Shown piece by piece: positions 30,944 through 46,181 of a stretch of DNA of 64,000 bases (the first letter of the stretch is position 1; every line of letters starts with the position of its first letter). The notes under the pieces are model-generated. The model saw only the letters and a list, made by a program, of their open reading frames with translations, made no database searches and had not been told where the DNA came from. The DNA lies in contig OZ024751.1 in assembly GCA_964016885.1 (NCBI GenBank), positions 32,550,001 to 32,614,000 on the forward strand, written 5' to 3'. This stretch comes from Eledone cirrhosa. Its lineage: Eukaryota. The translations under genes and the position numbers were made by a program.

Positions 30944-32772
30944 GTATATATGTATGTATATATATATATGTATATATGTATATATATATATGTATGTATA
31001 TATGTATGTATCTATGTGTGTGTATTTATATGTATATATGTATGTATCTATGTGTGTGTATTTATATATATGTTAATGTATTTATATGTATGTATGTATT
31101 TATGTAATGTATGTATTGAATAAGGGATGGTAGATTTGATTAATTTAGTTTTAAACAATGAACAGTTTTTATAATATTAAATATATTATTGCTTATCTAA
31201 AAGGGGCAATGTTAGAGATAGAATATATAAGAGGAACATTGTCGCCTATTAGTATTGTAAAACTAGGTGTAGACTATGTGACATTGCCTGCATGAATGCA
31301 ATGCATACAGTGCTTGTCTGAGATTTGTAAATGAATACAAGCAACAAATCAGCTTTTAATATAAATATTTCATATTTATGAAAGAAGGTAAATACTGTTA
31401 TATGTTACCCTCCTACAATTATATGGTTTCGATTTTTAAAATTGCCCTGGTTCAAGTAACGGTAATTGCTCCTCTCTCCCCACCCCGTGTAAAAATGAGC
31501 TATGGTAACCCTGCTTTCTTACAAAAGCTAATTGACAGTGAATATATGTATAGTAGCAAAGTTGTAAAAGAAAATAGTAATAAATAAATGAAATAAATAA
31601 ATATAATAATAAATGAGGGGTGGAGATGAGTGGGACGGTGGATTTGTAAATAGAGAAGTAATAAATACAGAAAGAGAGAGAGAGAAAGAGAGAGGAGGGG
31701 GAGATAGGAGAGAGAGAGAGAAAGAGAGGGGAGGGGGAGATAGGAGAGAGAGAGAAAGAGAGAGGAGGGGGAGATAGGAGAGAGAGAGAGAAAGAGAGAG
31801 AGAGTCGAGATAGCGACTCGGGTTTATTTTCCCGCTATATGCTGGTTTTCAATTCGCTCACGTCAGTGATAACCTTCAGAAGTTATGGAAGGTCATAGCA
31901 ATCTTATTTTTAATTGTCATAAATGGAAGACTGTTTAGAAGAAAATGTAAGAAAAGATAAATCATAAAAATTTAGAATCGGAATGGTTGCGGTTAGTAAG
32001 TAGCATAGAGCCACACGTAGGCAGCGGGCCAGATAACATTGCTTACTGGTTTCGAATCCAGTCACTTCTTTAGTATCAATAATGTCTCCTAAACTATTTC
32101 ACCCCTACCATTAAATACGCCTAAAACCACCTTTGATTTTATGTTACAAGACTGCTCGTTTTAAAGTCTTTATATTAAAATTAAAAGCTTCTATCTAAAG
32201 AACTTCCTAAGAAACTTTTTGCTGATTAATATTACAAAAATAAAATTAACAATGAACAAAAATGAAGCTATGTCACTAAATTATTAAAGATAAAACCAAA
32301 TTATTATTTTCAGTAGGACTTCTGTGTCATTGAAGGTTGGGTTTTTCAATTGTATTCCTAGTAATAGCCACCAAAATAACTCTGGTTAGGTCTCATAGGA
32401 AGGGAAGGCGAACAACGGCTTACTTTTATTTATTTAGCAATATATCAGGTCAAACACTGCAAATGACAGATGACAACTCTCTACCTCTCTATATCCCTCT
32501 TTATCAGGAAATCAAACAAGTAAAAGATCAATACTAATCGGTAATTCGAAAAACTTTCTTTTGCTTTTGATCAAAATGGTGTCCATTACCAGTAGAGCTT
32601 TGAACTTATTCCGTCAAGGTTTTCCCCAAGCATTACCAAACATTTGTGGGCGAAAACTAAACCCGAATATCAATATCAGAATCGTTGATTCTGCTAAAAG
32701 GGTTCATAAAAGAGCCCCCAACATAGGTTTCTAGTTCATGGTTTGTTATAGATAGCTAAAGAAAGAAAGAAA

Positions 32773-32884
<112 letters not shown>

Positions 32885-34041
32885 CATGGCGGAGAGAGTA
32901 AAGACAGATATGAGGGAGGGATAGTGTGAAAGAGAATATGGCTTCGTGGACAGGGTAGCAAGCAACCAGCCAAATGTTAGGCACTTCCGATTCATATCCT
33001 GCATAAGAGAGGCCTGGGTGTAATTTCCCTGTAACAAACCATTAAACTGCACTCATATGGCATTTATCAAGCCACAGTTATAGTAGAGAGCCCAGCCAAA
33101 TGGTTCCATGCAACGGAACCAAGCAGAGACCTATCTGATTACAAACCAAACTTCCTATGCCCACATTGATTCTCGTTATAATACTGAACCGCCATTGCTT
33201 ATTACAGCCAGTGGGATGGAGGTGGGGTCAGATTTATAGATGATGTCACAATTTAAACATTTCTGACACACTATTTTCTAATTCCATACATGGATATAAC
33301 TGAATATTCCACATACTTATTTATTTATTTATTCATACATTTATTTTCAAAAGTATTCTATTTTATCACTAAAAATCAGTCGAAGGAGTTTGAGGCGATT
33401 GACACCTCTCATATGGTGTTTATTTGAATAGGCAAACAAAAACAGTGATTTTACTGGCAGCCATAACTAACTGGAGAATGGAAATAGAGATTTGGTTGAG
33501 TGGAATTGACATTTGACGTGTCATAAATTGCCAACGGCAGGGTAGCTGTCAATTCAAAGACACAGACTTCACTAATACGATGGTGCTTAAATATTAATAA
33601 TGTCAAAAATAATGATAATCATCATGATCATCATCATTCAATCATGTTGTTGTTAAAGATTTTGATTAGGGTTCAAATTAGGCATTAATTAAGGCATTCA
33701 TTAAAGAAAGAATAATAAAATGGTGAAATATAATGCTAAAATATTTCCTCAGTCAGCCATGTTAGCTACAACACCACAATACATCCTTGACGACAACATA
33801 TTACATACACTGTTAGGTACGTGTAGGAGGCGAACCCACACACACATATATGGATGTGTATGGGTGTATGTGTGCAAGAATGTATGTGAATATGTGTGTA
33901 GTTTGGGAAGATCTTTAGTGTAAAAAGAAAAAAAGAAGAAAAGAAAACAAAATATGAGCAAACAAAAACACACAAAAAATAAAAAGAAAAAAATACATAA
34001 AAGTATACATAACAGAAAAAATAAGAAATCCAGAATCATGC

Positions 34042-34073
<32 letters not shown>

Positions 34074-34135
34074 GTATATATATATGTATATATATATGTA
34101 TATATGTATATATATGTATGTATGAATATATATAT

Positions 34136-34231
<96 letters not shown>

Positions 34232-34330
34232 GTATATATATATATGTATATATATATGTATATATATGTATGTATGTATATATATATATGTATATATATG
34301 TATATATATGTATGTATATATATATGTATG

Positions 34331-34363
<33 letters not shown>

Positions 34364-34598
34364 ATACATATATATATATATGTATATATATATGTATATA
34401 TATGTATGTATGTATATGTATATATATGTATGTATGTATATGTATATATATGTATGTATATGTATATATGTATGTATGTATATGTATATATATATGTATA
34501 TATATATGTATATATATATATATATGTATATATATATGTATATATATATGTATATATATATATATATGTATATATATATGTATATATATGTATGTATG

Positions 34599-34683
<85 letters not shown>

Positions 34684-34868
34684 AAGGATAGGGAAGAGAC
34701 GAGAGAGACTTCATATCAGTATAAATCTAAGCAGTGTATGATTAAATTAATTAACAATTATATATTATGACTGGTTCTCTGATTATTAGCCCACGTATAC
34801 CACCCAAATATTCAAATAATGTTTATCCTTTCCTTTAACCAGGTGTGCAAAGTAGCAGGCTAGGATTG

Positions 34869-34991
<123 letters not shown>

Positions 34992-35023
34992 TTACATAGA
35001 TAAATAGATAGATATAGATATAG

Positions 35024-35091
<68 letters not shown>

Positions 35092-36492
35092 TATAAATAT
35101 ATATGCTCCAGCATGTCCTTAAACCAGTAAAAGAGTTAAAGAATATACATGAATATATTCTCGTATTCTGGTACAGTTTTAATAGATTCTAGGGTGCAAG
35201 AGTTAATGCCGGTACCAGAATGCGGATGCTCTCCTTGTCTAAAATATCAGACAAAATAACTTCAAACGTCATCCCACTATTGTAATGATTTAACGTCCAG
35301 TTAGATAATGTCGTGTTAGGTACACAATAGTTAATATAAGTAAAAGGAGGGATGGCCTCAGTTGAAACGTCTTTGATTATATGTGTGCTGGAATTTCGAC
35401 GACTTGGAGTTGATAACATCAACGTCGAGGTCACACTGATTTCAATAATGTTGGAATAACATAGAACTCCTTAGAAAATGAAACAATTAAAAAATACGAC
35501 ATAACATCATAATTAAATTATGATTAGTAAAAATTAAATGATGATTAGTAAATTATAATTAGTTTATATCAATATGCGTAATTAATGATATTGAAAAATA
35601 TATAAAATACTGAATATCGTGTTGTTATGTTTTTCGGTTAATGTTTTAAAAAATAAAATAAAATAAAAAATTAAAGCATATTCAGAGAACTTAGGAAGAA
35701 TGAAATTTAAAATTAAATAAAGTGTAACCATGTTAAAATTAAAGATTAAATATTAATTATAAAGGTAAAAAAACTTACCAATAGTTTTTGAGCCATTTTG
35801 GTTATATTACTTCTGGTGTTGTCTCTGTTAAGTGTTGATTAGGTTTTCTTTAATTGGGAAGAAATGCTGCGTGCAGAGCAGATAATAACGATATATCACA
35901 GTGCGTTATATAGTTCTTGTGATGATAATAAACAAAAAACTAATATATATTTATATATAGATATGTATATATGCGTATGAATATATATATATACACTTAA
36001 ATATATATGCAACTATAAAAGAAGTCGAAAGTTTGGAGACGTTTGGAAGAATAAGTTCCCTAAGAGAAAAGGCAACTGCATATATAGTCGTAACCTGATA
36101 GGGGAATGAATAAATATAAGTAATAATAGAGATAGATAAATAAGAAAAGAAGAAAGACACAGAAAAATAAATAAATACGAATAGAATAAAAAGCAATAAC
36201 AAAACAATAAACCGACCAACCAAAATGGAAAGAAAGTAACGCCTATAAAGAGTGGTCCATGTGATTTTCTGCCCGTCTTAGTATAAATACAGCGCGATTT
36301 GTTCACCAGAAAAAAGACTACCATTTGTTGCGTATTTTGTATGCATCGACGGCAAGTTTAGATTGGTTCTTCACTTTGAGATTTCTCAACAACTGGGATT
36401 TTCCTTTAGTGCTCACTAAAGCAGTTCTTTTATCTTAATCACTATACATAAATACATACATACATATAAATAAATAAATAAATAAATATATA

Positions 36493-36531
<39 letters not shown>

Positions 36532-36928
36532 ATATATAAATAAATATATATATATATATTTAAATGTATGTATGTATAAATATATGTGTAGGTGTAGGAG
36601 TTTTAATGCTTAACAGCATAAAAAATCTAATACCGTTCTTGAGGTGTTTACTTTTCTTTTGTCTTGTTTTGTTTTATACGCCATTTTGTATTTTGAACAC
36701 TTTACTACCGGTTGCTTCCTACTTCTTTATGTCATGTGACCTTCATCACCATCATCTTCTTCTTCTTCATCACTATTATCATCCTCAAAATCTGTTTTCC
36801 CTTCTTCTTCTCCATCTTTTTCTACTACTAATATTATCTCTTCAACTTTTAACATCTATCTTCTGCTTCTAATTGTTCCTGATGTAAAAGCTCTTTCTTC
36901 CTCTCTTCTTCTTCTTCTTCTTCTTCTT

Positions 36929-36959
<31 letters not shown>

Positions 36960-37290
36960 ATATTATTATTATTATTATTATTTCCCTCTACTTCATTTTC
37001 TCTCCTCCCCTCTTTCTTCTGGTCCTCCTCATCGTCCCCAACACCCTCTCCTTATCCCTTCACTCTTCTCCTCACCCCCACCTCACTGTTTACCTTTACC
37101 TATGTTGCATTCACATGTTTTCATTCCTCTATACACAAGTGCTCTTTTTATATGTCAAATAATTGCAGGCAGAGAACAATTTCGCACATTGTACAAAGTC
37201 AAAGATAAAAATACCGAAGCAAATATGTAACGACCAGCATTGTACGTAAATATATAAATATATATATCTTTGTCTACGTGTTTCTCTCGA

Positions 37291-37357
<67 letters not shown>

Positions 37358-37536
37358 GTGTACATATATGTATGAGTGCGTATATCTGTATGCATATATA
37401 TATATATTCGTATATGTTTATATAGATATATGCGTATGTTTATGCATAGATATATACATATATGTATATATATATATATGTATATGTACATATATATATA
37501 AATACATATATATATATATATATGTACATATATATA

Positions 37537-37695
<159 letters not shown>

Positions 37696-38013
37696 GTGTG
37701 TAGATATCACAAGGATATGCATGATGTGTGTGCTTGTACCTCTAATATAGAAAGTATGTGTATGGCGTGTTTCAGTGAAGTACTGCTATTTGGGTCGTGA
37801 GATCTTGTTGAATATATAACGTGGTTGCTGTTACTTTATTGCAAAAAGATGGACTGACTATTCGACCGAATCCCTGTCAAGTGCACTTTATCAGATAAGA
37901 TACACACACACAGAGACACGTATATATATATATATATATATATATAGATAGATAGATAGATAGATAGATAGACAGATAAATATATATTTATATATAAATA
38001 TAGGTATATGCAC

Positions 38014-38062
<49 letters not shown>

Positions 38063-38064
<2 letters not shown>

Positions 38065-38230
38065 AACCAGTAAGACCCCGACAGCTGAGCTCAAGCCGTT
38101 TCGACGGCTAATTCTGGACTGAGCTCAGCTGTCGGGGTCTTACTGGTTCCTATTACCCACTCTACTACCTCAAGTATTGAGTACTTTGGTGCGTTATGGT
38201 CCACCTGGTTCCTTACCACATTTCCTTCGT
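38063..38230 (+). mobile_element. Family C fold-back element, second copy
   Basis: Same outer ends as 16425-16637 but a different inversion junction (at tgagctca). Confidence 0.85.
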
Positions 38231-39565
38231 TATATATATATATATATATACTGTATACGTGTGTGTGTGTATATATATATATATACTCACTCCCTCACTC
38301 TCTCTCTTTCACACTCTCACACGCACATATATATGTGTGTGTGTGTGTGTGTGCGTGTGTGTATGTGTGTGTGTCTGAGTGTGTGTGTGTGTGTGTGTGT
38401 GTGAGTATGTGTGAGTATGTGTGTGTGTATATTTGAAACAGTTTCAAATTTTATCCGTTCGCCACAACGCACTACTGCACATAACTCTAGCATCATCTGC
38501 CTCGTTTCGCTGCCTTCACCATCATCTTCCTTCACCATAATCATCATCACCACTTCCAATGCCACCTTCGTCATTATTATCATCGTCATTATTATCCTCC
38601 TTGCACGATCAGTGTACGAACTGTATCATTTTAGTCAGTAGAGTCCCAAAGGCGTTGCATTTCTGGAACAATGTATCTTTTTGCAATCTACTCTACAACC
38701 TTATATCATTAGTATAACTAGCAGTTGCAGTGATAGTAGTGGTGATGATGGTGGTGGGGTATGGTAGTGGAGTATGGTGCTGATGGTGGTGGAGGTTGTA
38801 GTAGTGAGGCGGGATAATGCTGATGCTTGTAGTGGTGGTGGTGGTAGTGATGGTGTTTTGATGGTAGATTAGCAGAGTTTGCCGAGCTTTGAGGAGTGTT
38901 GGGATTTCTGGCACATTGAGCAGGGTTCACTTGTGAGGAGATGGGAAGATAGTCGCATTGGAACAGGTGACTGGGCCGTAAATTAAGGCGAATTCTGACA
39001 CATAAGTCTGGGTCCAGACATATTGGGTAAGTCTCTGTCTAGAATTACGTGATATATGACACGTTGAACAGGGCTTGGTTCTAAAACAAAGAACCTATTG
39101 ATGTATTCGGCAAGGCTCATCTGTGAGGCGATAGATAAGATCTGAAATAATTTGCCTTGAACTCTGTCGCATTGAGCAGAGCTCAACTGTGAGGTGAGGT
39201 TTTGTCCCGAAACATTAAACAAGGCTCAACTATCAGGACAATTCTGATACATTAGTGCAGGGTTCAACTCTAAGAAGCGGTATGAGATCTGATACATTGA
39301 GTTGGGTAAAGTGACGTCGCATTTTCTGTACAATTTGGTGTGTGATGGTGGTGAGCGGGGTCATCCTTGATATGGAAGTTCAGATGATCTCCCAAGGCCA
39401 TAAAGGTGTCCCAGATAACTAGATATTTCAATATTTTCTCTTCTTCTATTTTAAACATTTCTCTCATGTTCCATTCTTTATTATCGTTCGGAGATCGGAA
39501 AGGAGAAACTAAGTGTAATGATGTGTGATGTTTCATATAACAATATATATATAACAATATATATA

Positions 39566-39831
39566 TATAAACGTTTGTATTTGTAAAGCCAAAACAATGC
39601 AGGTATGGACATAGAATAAAAATGCAAATGCAAAAGATATTGTTGACAATTAGTCTTTTACCTTAAATTTATTTAAATGTCCTAAATCTAAGGTAAAAGA
39701 CTAATTGTCAACAATATCTTTTGCATTTGCATTTTTATTCTATGTCCATACCTGCATTGTTTTGGCTTTACAAATACAAACGTTTATACCTCATTACACA
39801 AAGCTTCAAGTGAACTATAACTTCCTCCTTT

Positions 39832-39834
<3 letters not shown>
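39566..39834 (+). mobile_element. Family F fold-back element with tail
   Basis: About 100-bp near-perfect inverted arms plus a tail of about 45 bp ending in (TA)n. Confidence 0.8.
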
Positions 39835-39890
<56 letters not shown>

Positions 39891-39918
39891 TGGTAACACA
39901 ACAGTTAGTTCACCATAC

Positions 39919-39956
39919 CGAGAACAATTGTTTCACCCTAGCGGATCATCAGCTCG
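39919..39956 (-). ncRNA. Minimal type I hammerhead ribozyme
   Basis: CGAG-CUGAUGA-U CC GCUAG GG U-GAAA-CAAUUG-UU-CUCG; palindromic stem III ACAAUUGU. Confidence 0.82.
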
Positions 39957-40230
39957 TACTCACTACCTAACTCGTCCCATGGACTGAGTGCTCTACCACT
40001 ACGGATATTACCTTCCAGTGTTCTACCTCTCTCTCTATATATATATATATACCAAAGAATAATATGGTTCGTTGATTATTCAACGAATGCAATTTTACAA
40101 TAGATTAGAAGCACTCAAATCTTATATTTTGTCTCATGAAAACGTACTTAAACATCATTGTACCTTTGAAATATGTATAATAAAATATATATTTTGATTA
40201 TGAGAATATTTTTCATTTATTAATATCTTA

Positions 40231-40307
<77 letters not shown>

Positions 40308-40361
40308 GAGAAGAAAGAGGATTACTGCGTGGTTACACATGGGTTACATATTATAAAATTA

Positions 40362-40463
40362 GTCCCTCGTCAGTGATTTGCCAACCATCATTGGTATTTC
40401 ATCGCATTAAAAATCATATACCTCAGGTTGGTGCGAGCAATAACTAAAAAAAGCTATTGGGAC
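40362..40463 (-). ncRNA. Candidate strand-permuted hammerhead ribozyme (G1 copy 1)
   Basis: GUCC-CAAUAGCU/AGUUAUUG-C-UCGCA-CCAACC-UGA-GGUA-UA-UGAUUU-UUAA-UGCGA-U-GAAA-UACC-AAUGAU-GGUUGG-C-AAAUCA-CUGACGA-G-GGAC. Confidence 0.7.
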
Positions 40464-40871
40464 AAGTGAGTCGCGTAAGGCGAGTGAGACAAGTAAAAAA
40501 CATAGAAGGATAAAAGCAAACAGAAGATAGGGAAAAAACAAGCAACATGGTTATCCGGTCAGCATAAGCTGGGTGAATTTCATGAGTGAGATGTGAGAAA
40601 GTAAGAAAGAACCCCACTACCAACGAAACGGGAGGAAGTGAGAAGGGGAGAAACAGAGAGTGAGTGAGTGGAAGTACGAGGAAGATGTCAGCCGAGAGAA
40701 TGTGTAACTGACAGAGGGGGCGAAAGAAGGTAAGAGAAACAGAGAGAACGGGGGAGCAGTAAGAGAGAAAGAGAGAAACAGACAATCGCAGCCGAGGTAA
40801 ATATGTATAAAAAACATGAGAAGAAAGAGGATTACTGCGTGGTTGCACATGGGTTACATATTATAAAATTA

Positions 40872-40973
40872 GTCCCTCGTCAGTGATTTGCCAACCATCA
40901 TTGGTATTTGATCGCATTAAAAATCATATACCTCAGGTTGGTGCGAGCAATAACTAAAAAAAGGTATTGGGAC
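40872..40973 (-). ncRNA. Candidate strand-permuted hammerhead (G1 copy 2, GAAA mutated to CAAA)
   Basis: Tandem copy of 40362-40463 with a core substitution. Confidence 0.55.
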
Positions 40974-40995
40974 AATGAGTCGCGTAAAGCGAGTG

Positions 40996-41026
<31 letters not shown>

Positions 41027-41047
41027 CATACATATACATTTATATAC

Positions 41048-41164
<117 letters not shown>

Positions 41165-41333
41165 CTGAGTCCTGTATTTTCGTTGCTGTGCTAATGCGGC
41201 TGGACTGCCGATCCTGTCTAAACGTATTGTTATTACTCTGGGGTACTACCCCCCTCCGAGTGCTAAAGCTACATACCGAATTTGCATTCGTTAGCTTGGC
41301 CGCAAACTAAAGCTTCGTTTATGCTGTACTAAA

Positions 41334-41434
<101 letters not shown>

Positions 41435-41679
41435 CATATATATATACATATATATATGTGTATACATATATATACACATATATGTATATAGTTATATATA
41501 TATATATATACATATACGTGTATATATATATATATATATACACATACACATAGAGACACACAGACACAGACACACAAACAAACACACATATATATATATA
41601 TACATTTATATGTGTTTGTTTGTGTGTCTGTGTCTGTGTGTCCCTATGTGTATGTGTATGCATATGTGCATTGACATTA

Positions 41680-41724
<45 letters not shown>

Positions 41725-41912
41725 ATGTGTGTGTGTCTGTTCGGTATAAAGATGTAGAGATATAAACTAACATATTTAGCTGTCAAAACAGTAATATATT
41801 CAAATAAAAAGATAAAAAGTCACAGGTGTAGAAAATGTTGGCTTATATATTTGTTTGTCTTCTGAATATTTATTTTATTACATTTACATGTGGTTTTGTA
41901 TAACTCTCAGTG

Positions 41913-42086
<174 letters not shown>

Positions 42087-42087
42087 T

Positions 42088-42151
<64 letters not shown>

Positions 42152-42426
42152 CGTATAGGAAGTGATATAGATAATATTCCTCGTGTCGAACCAACATATA
42201 GCCAGCCATATAACTACATTCCATCAATCCAAATATCTGATATGTTTACGAAAAAGAAGGTAAGTATGTAGATATGTAGGAAGGGAGGAAGGTAGGAAGA
42301 TAGACAATACACGGAAGTTAGATAAACATTTCGGTCATAGCATAGTGGGAGGTAAGACTTGTGCCAGGGTAGGACGTTGGAAAATATGCGCTGGTAGAGA
42401 CTGAATAATATGAATGTTAATGATGT

Positions 42427-42585
42427 CTAATATAGGCACAAGGCCAGCATTTTATTTTTATTTTCCTTGGTTGGGGAGAGGGCGTGAAGAATCAATTATA
42501 TAGCCTCCAGTTCTTGCCTGTTTCATCGATCCTACAAGGATGAAATGCGAAAATGATTTTGTAATGAATTGAACTCAGAATTCAG
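42427..42585 (-). mobile_element. Diverged SINE
   Basis: ggcacaaggccagca...atcgatcctacaaggatgaaa...ttgaactcaga. Confidence 0.65.
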
Positions 42586-42890
42586 AGCCCCGATTTCTAC
42601 CTAATCTTAACCCTCCTCGGGACTAAAAATATTGGCATAAGACAATGGGTAAAAACAGTCACAATGAAATATAACTCTATGTTCGCATTGTCCAGGAAGC
42701 TATTATATGAGTACAAATTTCTCTTATCTTTTAAGCTAGATTCTACTAATTTGATTAGTTGTATATATAGTAGTTTTCTAGTTGCATTAGACCCCTTTCT
42801 CTTTGTGTTTGTGGTAGGTATAATCTTTCTAGTTCTGATTTTAGGTAATGTATTTTAAATTCTATCATTATTTTTCTTATTTTTGAGGAC

Positions 42891-43078
42891 GGCGGATTGG
42901 CAGTATCGGTAGAGAGTCGGAGACCATGCTTTGAAGCATAGAGTTACGTCCCTTTATGATCTGAGTTCAAATCTCGCTGAGGTTAACTTTGCCTTTCATC
43001 CTTACGGGGTCGATAAAATAAAGTACCAGTAATGTACTGGGTAATTGCTGGCCTTGTGCCTAAAATAGAAACAATTAT
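42891..43078 (+). mobile_element. tRNA-derived SINE, full length
   Basis: A box tggcagtatcggt, B box gagttcaaatc, conserved core and 3' ggccttgtgcctaaaatagaaacaatt. Confidence 0.88.
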
Positions 43079-43514
43079 TTTTCTTTTTAGTCCTGTTAGT
43101 TCTTTTAGTGTCCAGTTCAGAAAATCTATTACTGTAACTTATTACTGTGATCGCTTCAATATTGATGATTATTATCTTATTCTTTTTATTTAGTTTTGTC
43201 TTAAGTAATAATCTAATCCGTCTATAGTAGTATTACTTTCTATTCTTTTCTTTTACCTGTGGGTTGAAACCCCTCTAGCTCATTGATTCCTAAGTATTTA
43301 TATGTTTGTGTTTCATTTAATTCCCTTATCACAGTTTCTTTATCTAGCAGGATATTAATATTTTTCAATGGTTTCCTTCTCTTCGAAGTCCTTCTAGTTC
43401 AAATTTCATTTTTATTTCTTTTCAGCAGCAGTGTTTCAAGTCACCTTTCGTTTGCAAGGTACATCTTTAGACTGTCCATATACAGGTGATGGTTAATTAT
43501 TGTTGCTGTTGTTG

Positions 43515-43557
<43 letters not shown>

Positions 43558-43639
43558 TGCCGCCGTCGTCGTTGTTGTTTTTATTAAATGTTTTAATCAT
43601 AATCATTCCACTACACCTCCACATTGCATAATTTTTGGT

Positions 43640-45525
43640 ATTGTTGTTGGTGGTAGTGGTGGTGGCATTGTTGTTGGTGGTAGTAGTAGTGGTGATAGTA
43701 TTCTTTCTGGTGGTGGTATTGTTGATGGTTCTAGTAGTAGTGGTGGTAGTGGTGATGTTAACGGTAGTGGTTGTTGTAGTGATGGTAATGTCGTGATGGT
43801 GATAATCGTAGTGGTAGTAGAAATGATAGACGGTAGTGCTCATCGTTGATGGTGGTATCGGTGGTGGTCTTGGTGGTGATGTTGATGGTGGTATTGATGG
43901 TGGTGTTGATGGTGGTGTTGATGGCGGTGTTGGTGGTGGTGTTGATGGTGGTGCTGATGGTGGTATTGATGGTGGTGTTGATGGTGATGTTGATGGTGCT
44001 GGTGGTGTTGGTGGTGATGTTGATGATGTTGTTGATGGTGATGTTGGTGGCGATGTTGATGATGTTGTTTATGGTGGTGTTAATGGTTGTGTTGATGGCG
44101 GTGTTGGTGGTGGTGTTGATGGTGGTGTTGGTGGTGGTGGTGATGGTGGTGGTGTTGGTGATGATGCTGATGGTGATATTGATGGTGGTGTTGATGGTGC
44201 TGGTGCTGTTGGTGGTGATGTTGATGATGTTGTTGGTGGTGGTGTTGATGGTGGTGTTGATGCTAGTGTTGGTGCTGGTGTTGGTGGTGGTGTTGGTGGC
44301 GTTGATGGTGGTGTTGGTGGTGTTGATGGTGGTGTTGGTGGTATTGATGGTGGTGTTCATGGCGGTGTTGTTGGTGGTGTTTGTGGTGATGTTGATGATG
44401 GTGTTGGTGGTGGTGTTGGTGGTGATGCTGATGGTGGTATTGATGGTGGTGTTGATGGTGCTGGTGCTGGTGGTGCTGATGTTGTTGATGGTGGTGTTGA
44501 TGCTTGTGTTGGTGTTGGTGTTGGTGTTGATGTTGTTGGTGGTATTGATGGTGGTGTTGATGGTGTTGTTGATGCTGGTGTTGATGGTGTTGATGGTGGT
44601 GTTGGAGGTGTTGATGGTGGTGTTGGTGGTATTGATGGTGGTGTTGATGGTGTTGTTGGTGCTGGTGTTGATGGTGTTGATGGTGGTGTTGGAGGTGTTG
44701 ATGGTGGTGTTGGTGGTATTGATGGTGGTGTTGATGGTGTTGTTGATGCTGGTGTTGATGGTGTTGATGGTGTTGATGGTGGTGTTGGAGGTGTTGATGG
44801 TGGTGTTGATGGTGTTGTTGATGCTTGTGTTGATGGTGTTGATGGTGGTGTTGATGGTGTTGTTGGTGCTGGTGTTGATGGTTTTGATGGTGGTGTTGGT
44901 GGTGTTGATGGTGGTGTTGGTGGTATTGATGGTGGTGTTGATGGTGTTGTTGGTGCTGGTGTTGATGGTGTTGATGGTGGTGTTGGTGGTGTTGATGGTG
45001 GTGTTGGTGGTATTGATGGTGGTGTTGATGGTGTTGTTGGTGCTGGTGTTGATGGTGTTGATGGTTGTGTTGGTGGTGTTGATGGTGGTGTTGATGGTGT
45101 TGTTGATGCTGGTGTTGGTGCTGGTGTTGATGTTGTTGGTGGTGTTGATGGTGGTGTTGGTGGTGTTGGTGGTATTGATGGTGGTGTTGATGGTGTTGTT
45201 GGTGCTGGTGTTGATGGTGTTGATGGTGGTGTTGGTGGTGTTGATGGTGGTGTTGGTGGTATTGATGGTGGTGTTGATGGTGTTGTTGGTGCTGGTGTTG
45301 ATGGTGTTGATGGTGGTGTTGGTGGTGTTGATGGTGGTGTTGGTGGTATTGATGGTGGTGTTGATGGTGGTGTTGGTGGTGTTGATGGTGGTGTTGGTGG
45401 TATTGATGGTGGTGTTGATGGTGTTGTTGGTGCTGGTGTTGATGGTGTTGATGGTGGTGTTGATGGTGTTGATGGTGGTGTTGGTGTTGGTGTTGGTGTT
45501 GGTGCTGGTGGTGTTCGTGGTTGAA
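43640..45525. repeat. Cryptic trinucleotide (GGT/GAT/GTT) expansion with higher-order units
   Basis: Continuous degenerate triplets; stop-free in several frames. Confidence 0.92.
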
Positions 45526-45907
45526 CTGGATGTGAGCAGTGATGGTAGTAAAGACGGTGGAAGAATAATAGTATTGATAGTAGTGATAGTGATGGCAGTG
45601 ATTGTAGTAGAAATATAGGTGTTGGTAGTGTCAGTGTTAGTGAAGGGTGTAGTTCAAGAAAAACAAATATTGTCTCCAGTTGCAAGGGTTCGCTGGAGAT
45701 ATGCGGTGAAAGTCAAGCTACTACAAATACAGTGACGTCACATGCAGGAAGAACGCAGGCTGGAATTTCAAATTTCTACTAATTGATAAGTAACAATCAC
45801 TCGTATATCCATAGATACATACATATAAAGACAGTCATGAAATAACAGACACGTACAGCTGTACTCACTCAAACACATATAAATATAAACAAACGTATAG
45901 ATACATA

Positions 45908-46037
<130 letters not shown>

Positions 46038-46048
46038 CATATATATAC

Positions 46049-46139
<91 letters not shown>

Positions 46140-46148
46140 TATACATAT

Positions 46149-46181
<33 letters not shown>

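Larger units (their letters stand above)
40301..40995 (-). mobile_element. Family G1 tandem element, 510-bp period, about 1.35 units, in (TA)n
   Basis: 40301 sequence repeats at 40811; homologous to 49793-50630 on the opposite strand. Confidence 0.85.

Noticed and set aside
39684-39720. Possible HHR 3' half in family F (aaaagactaattgtc)
   Set aside because: Lacks GAAA in register and the upstream part is truncated
40362-40463. Family G motif as a box C/D snoRNA, twister ribozyme or SAM-I riboswitch
   Set aside because: No 5' C box, helix order differs from twister, and SAM-I consensus is absent; the hammerhead core register explains the conserved bases better
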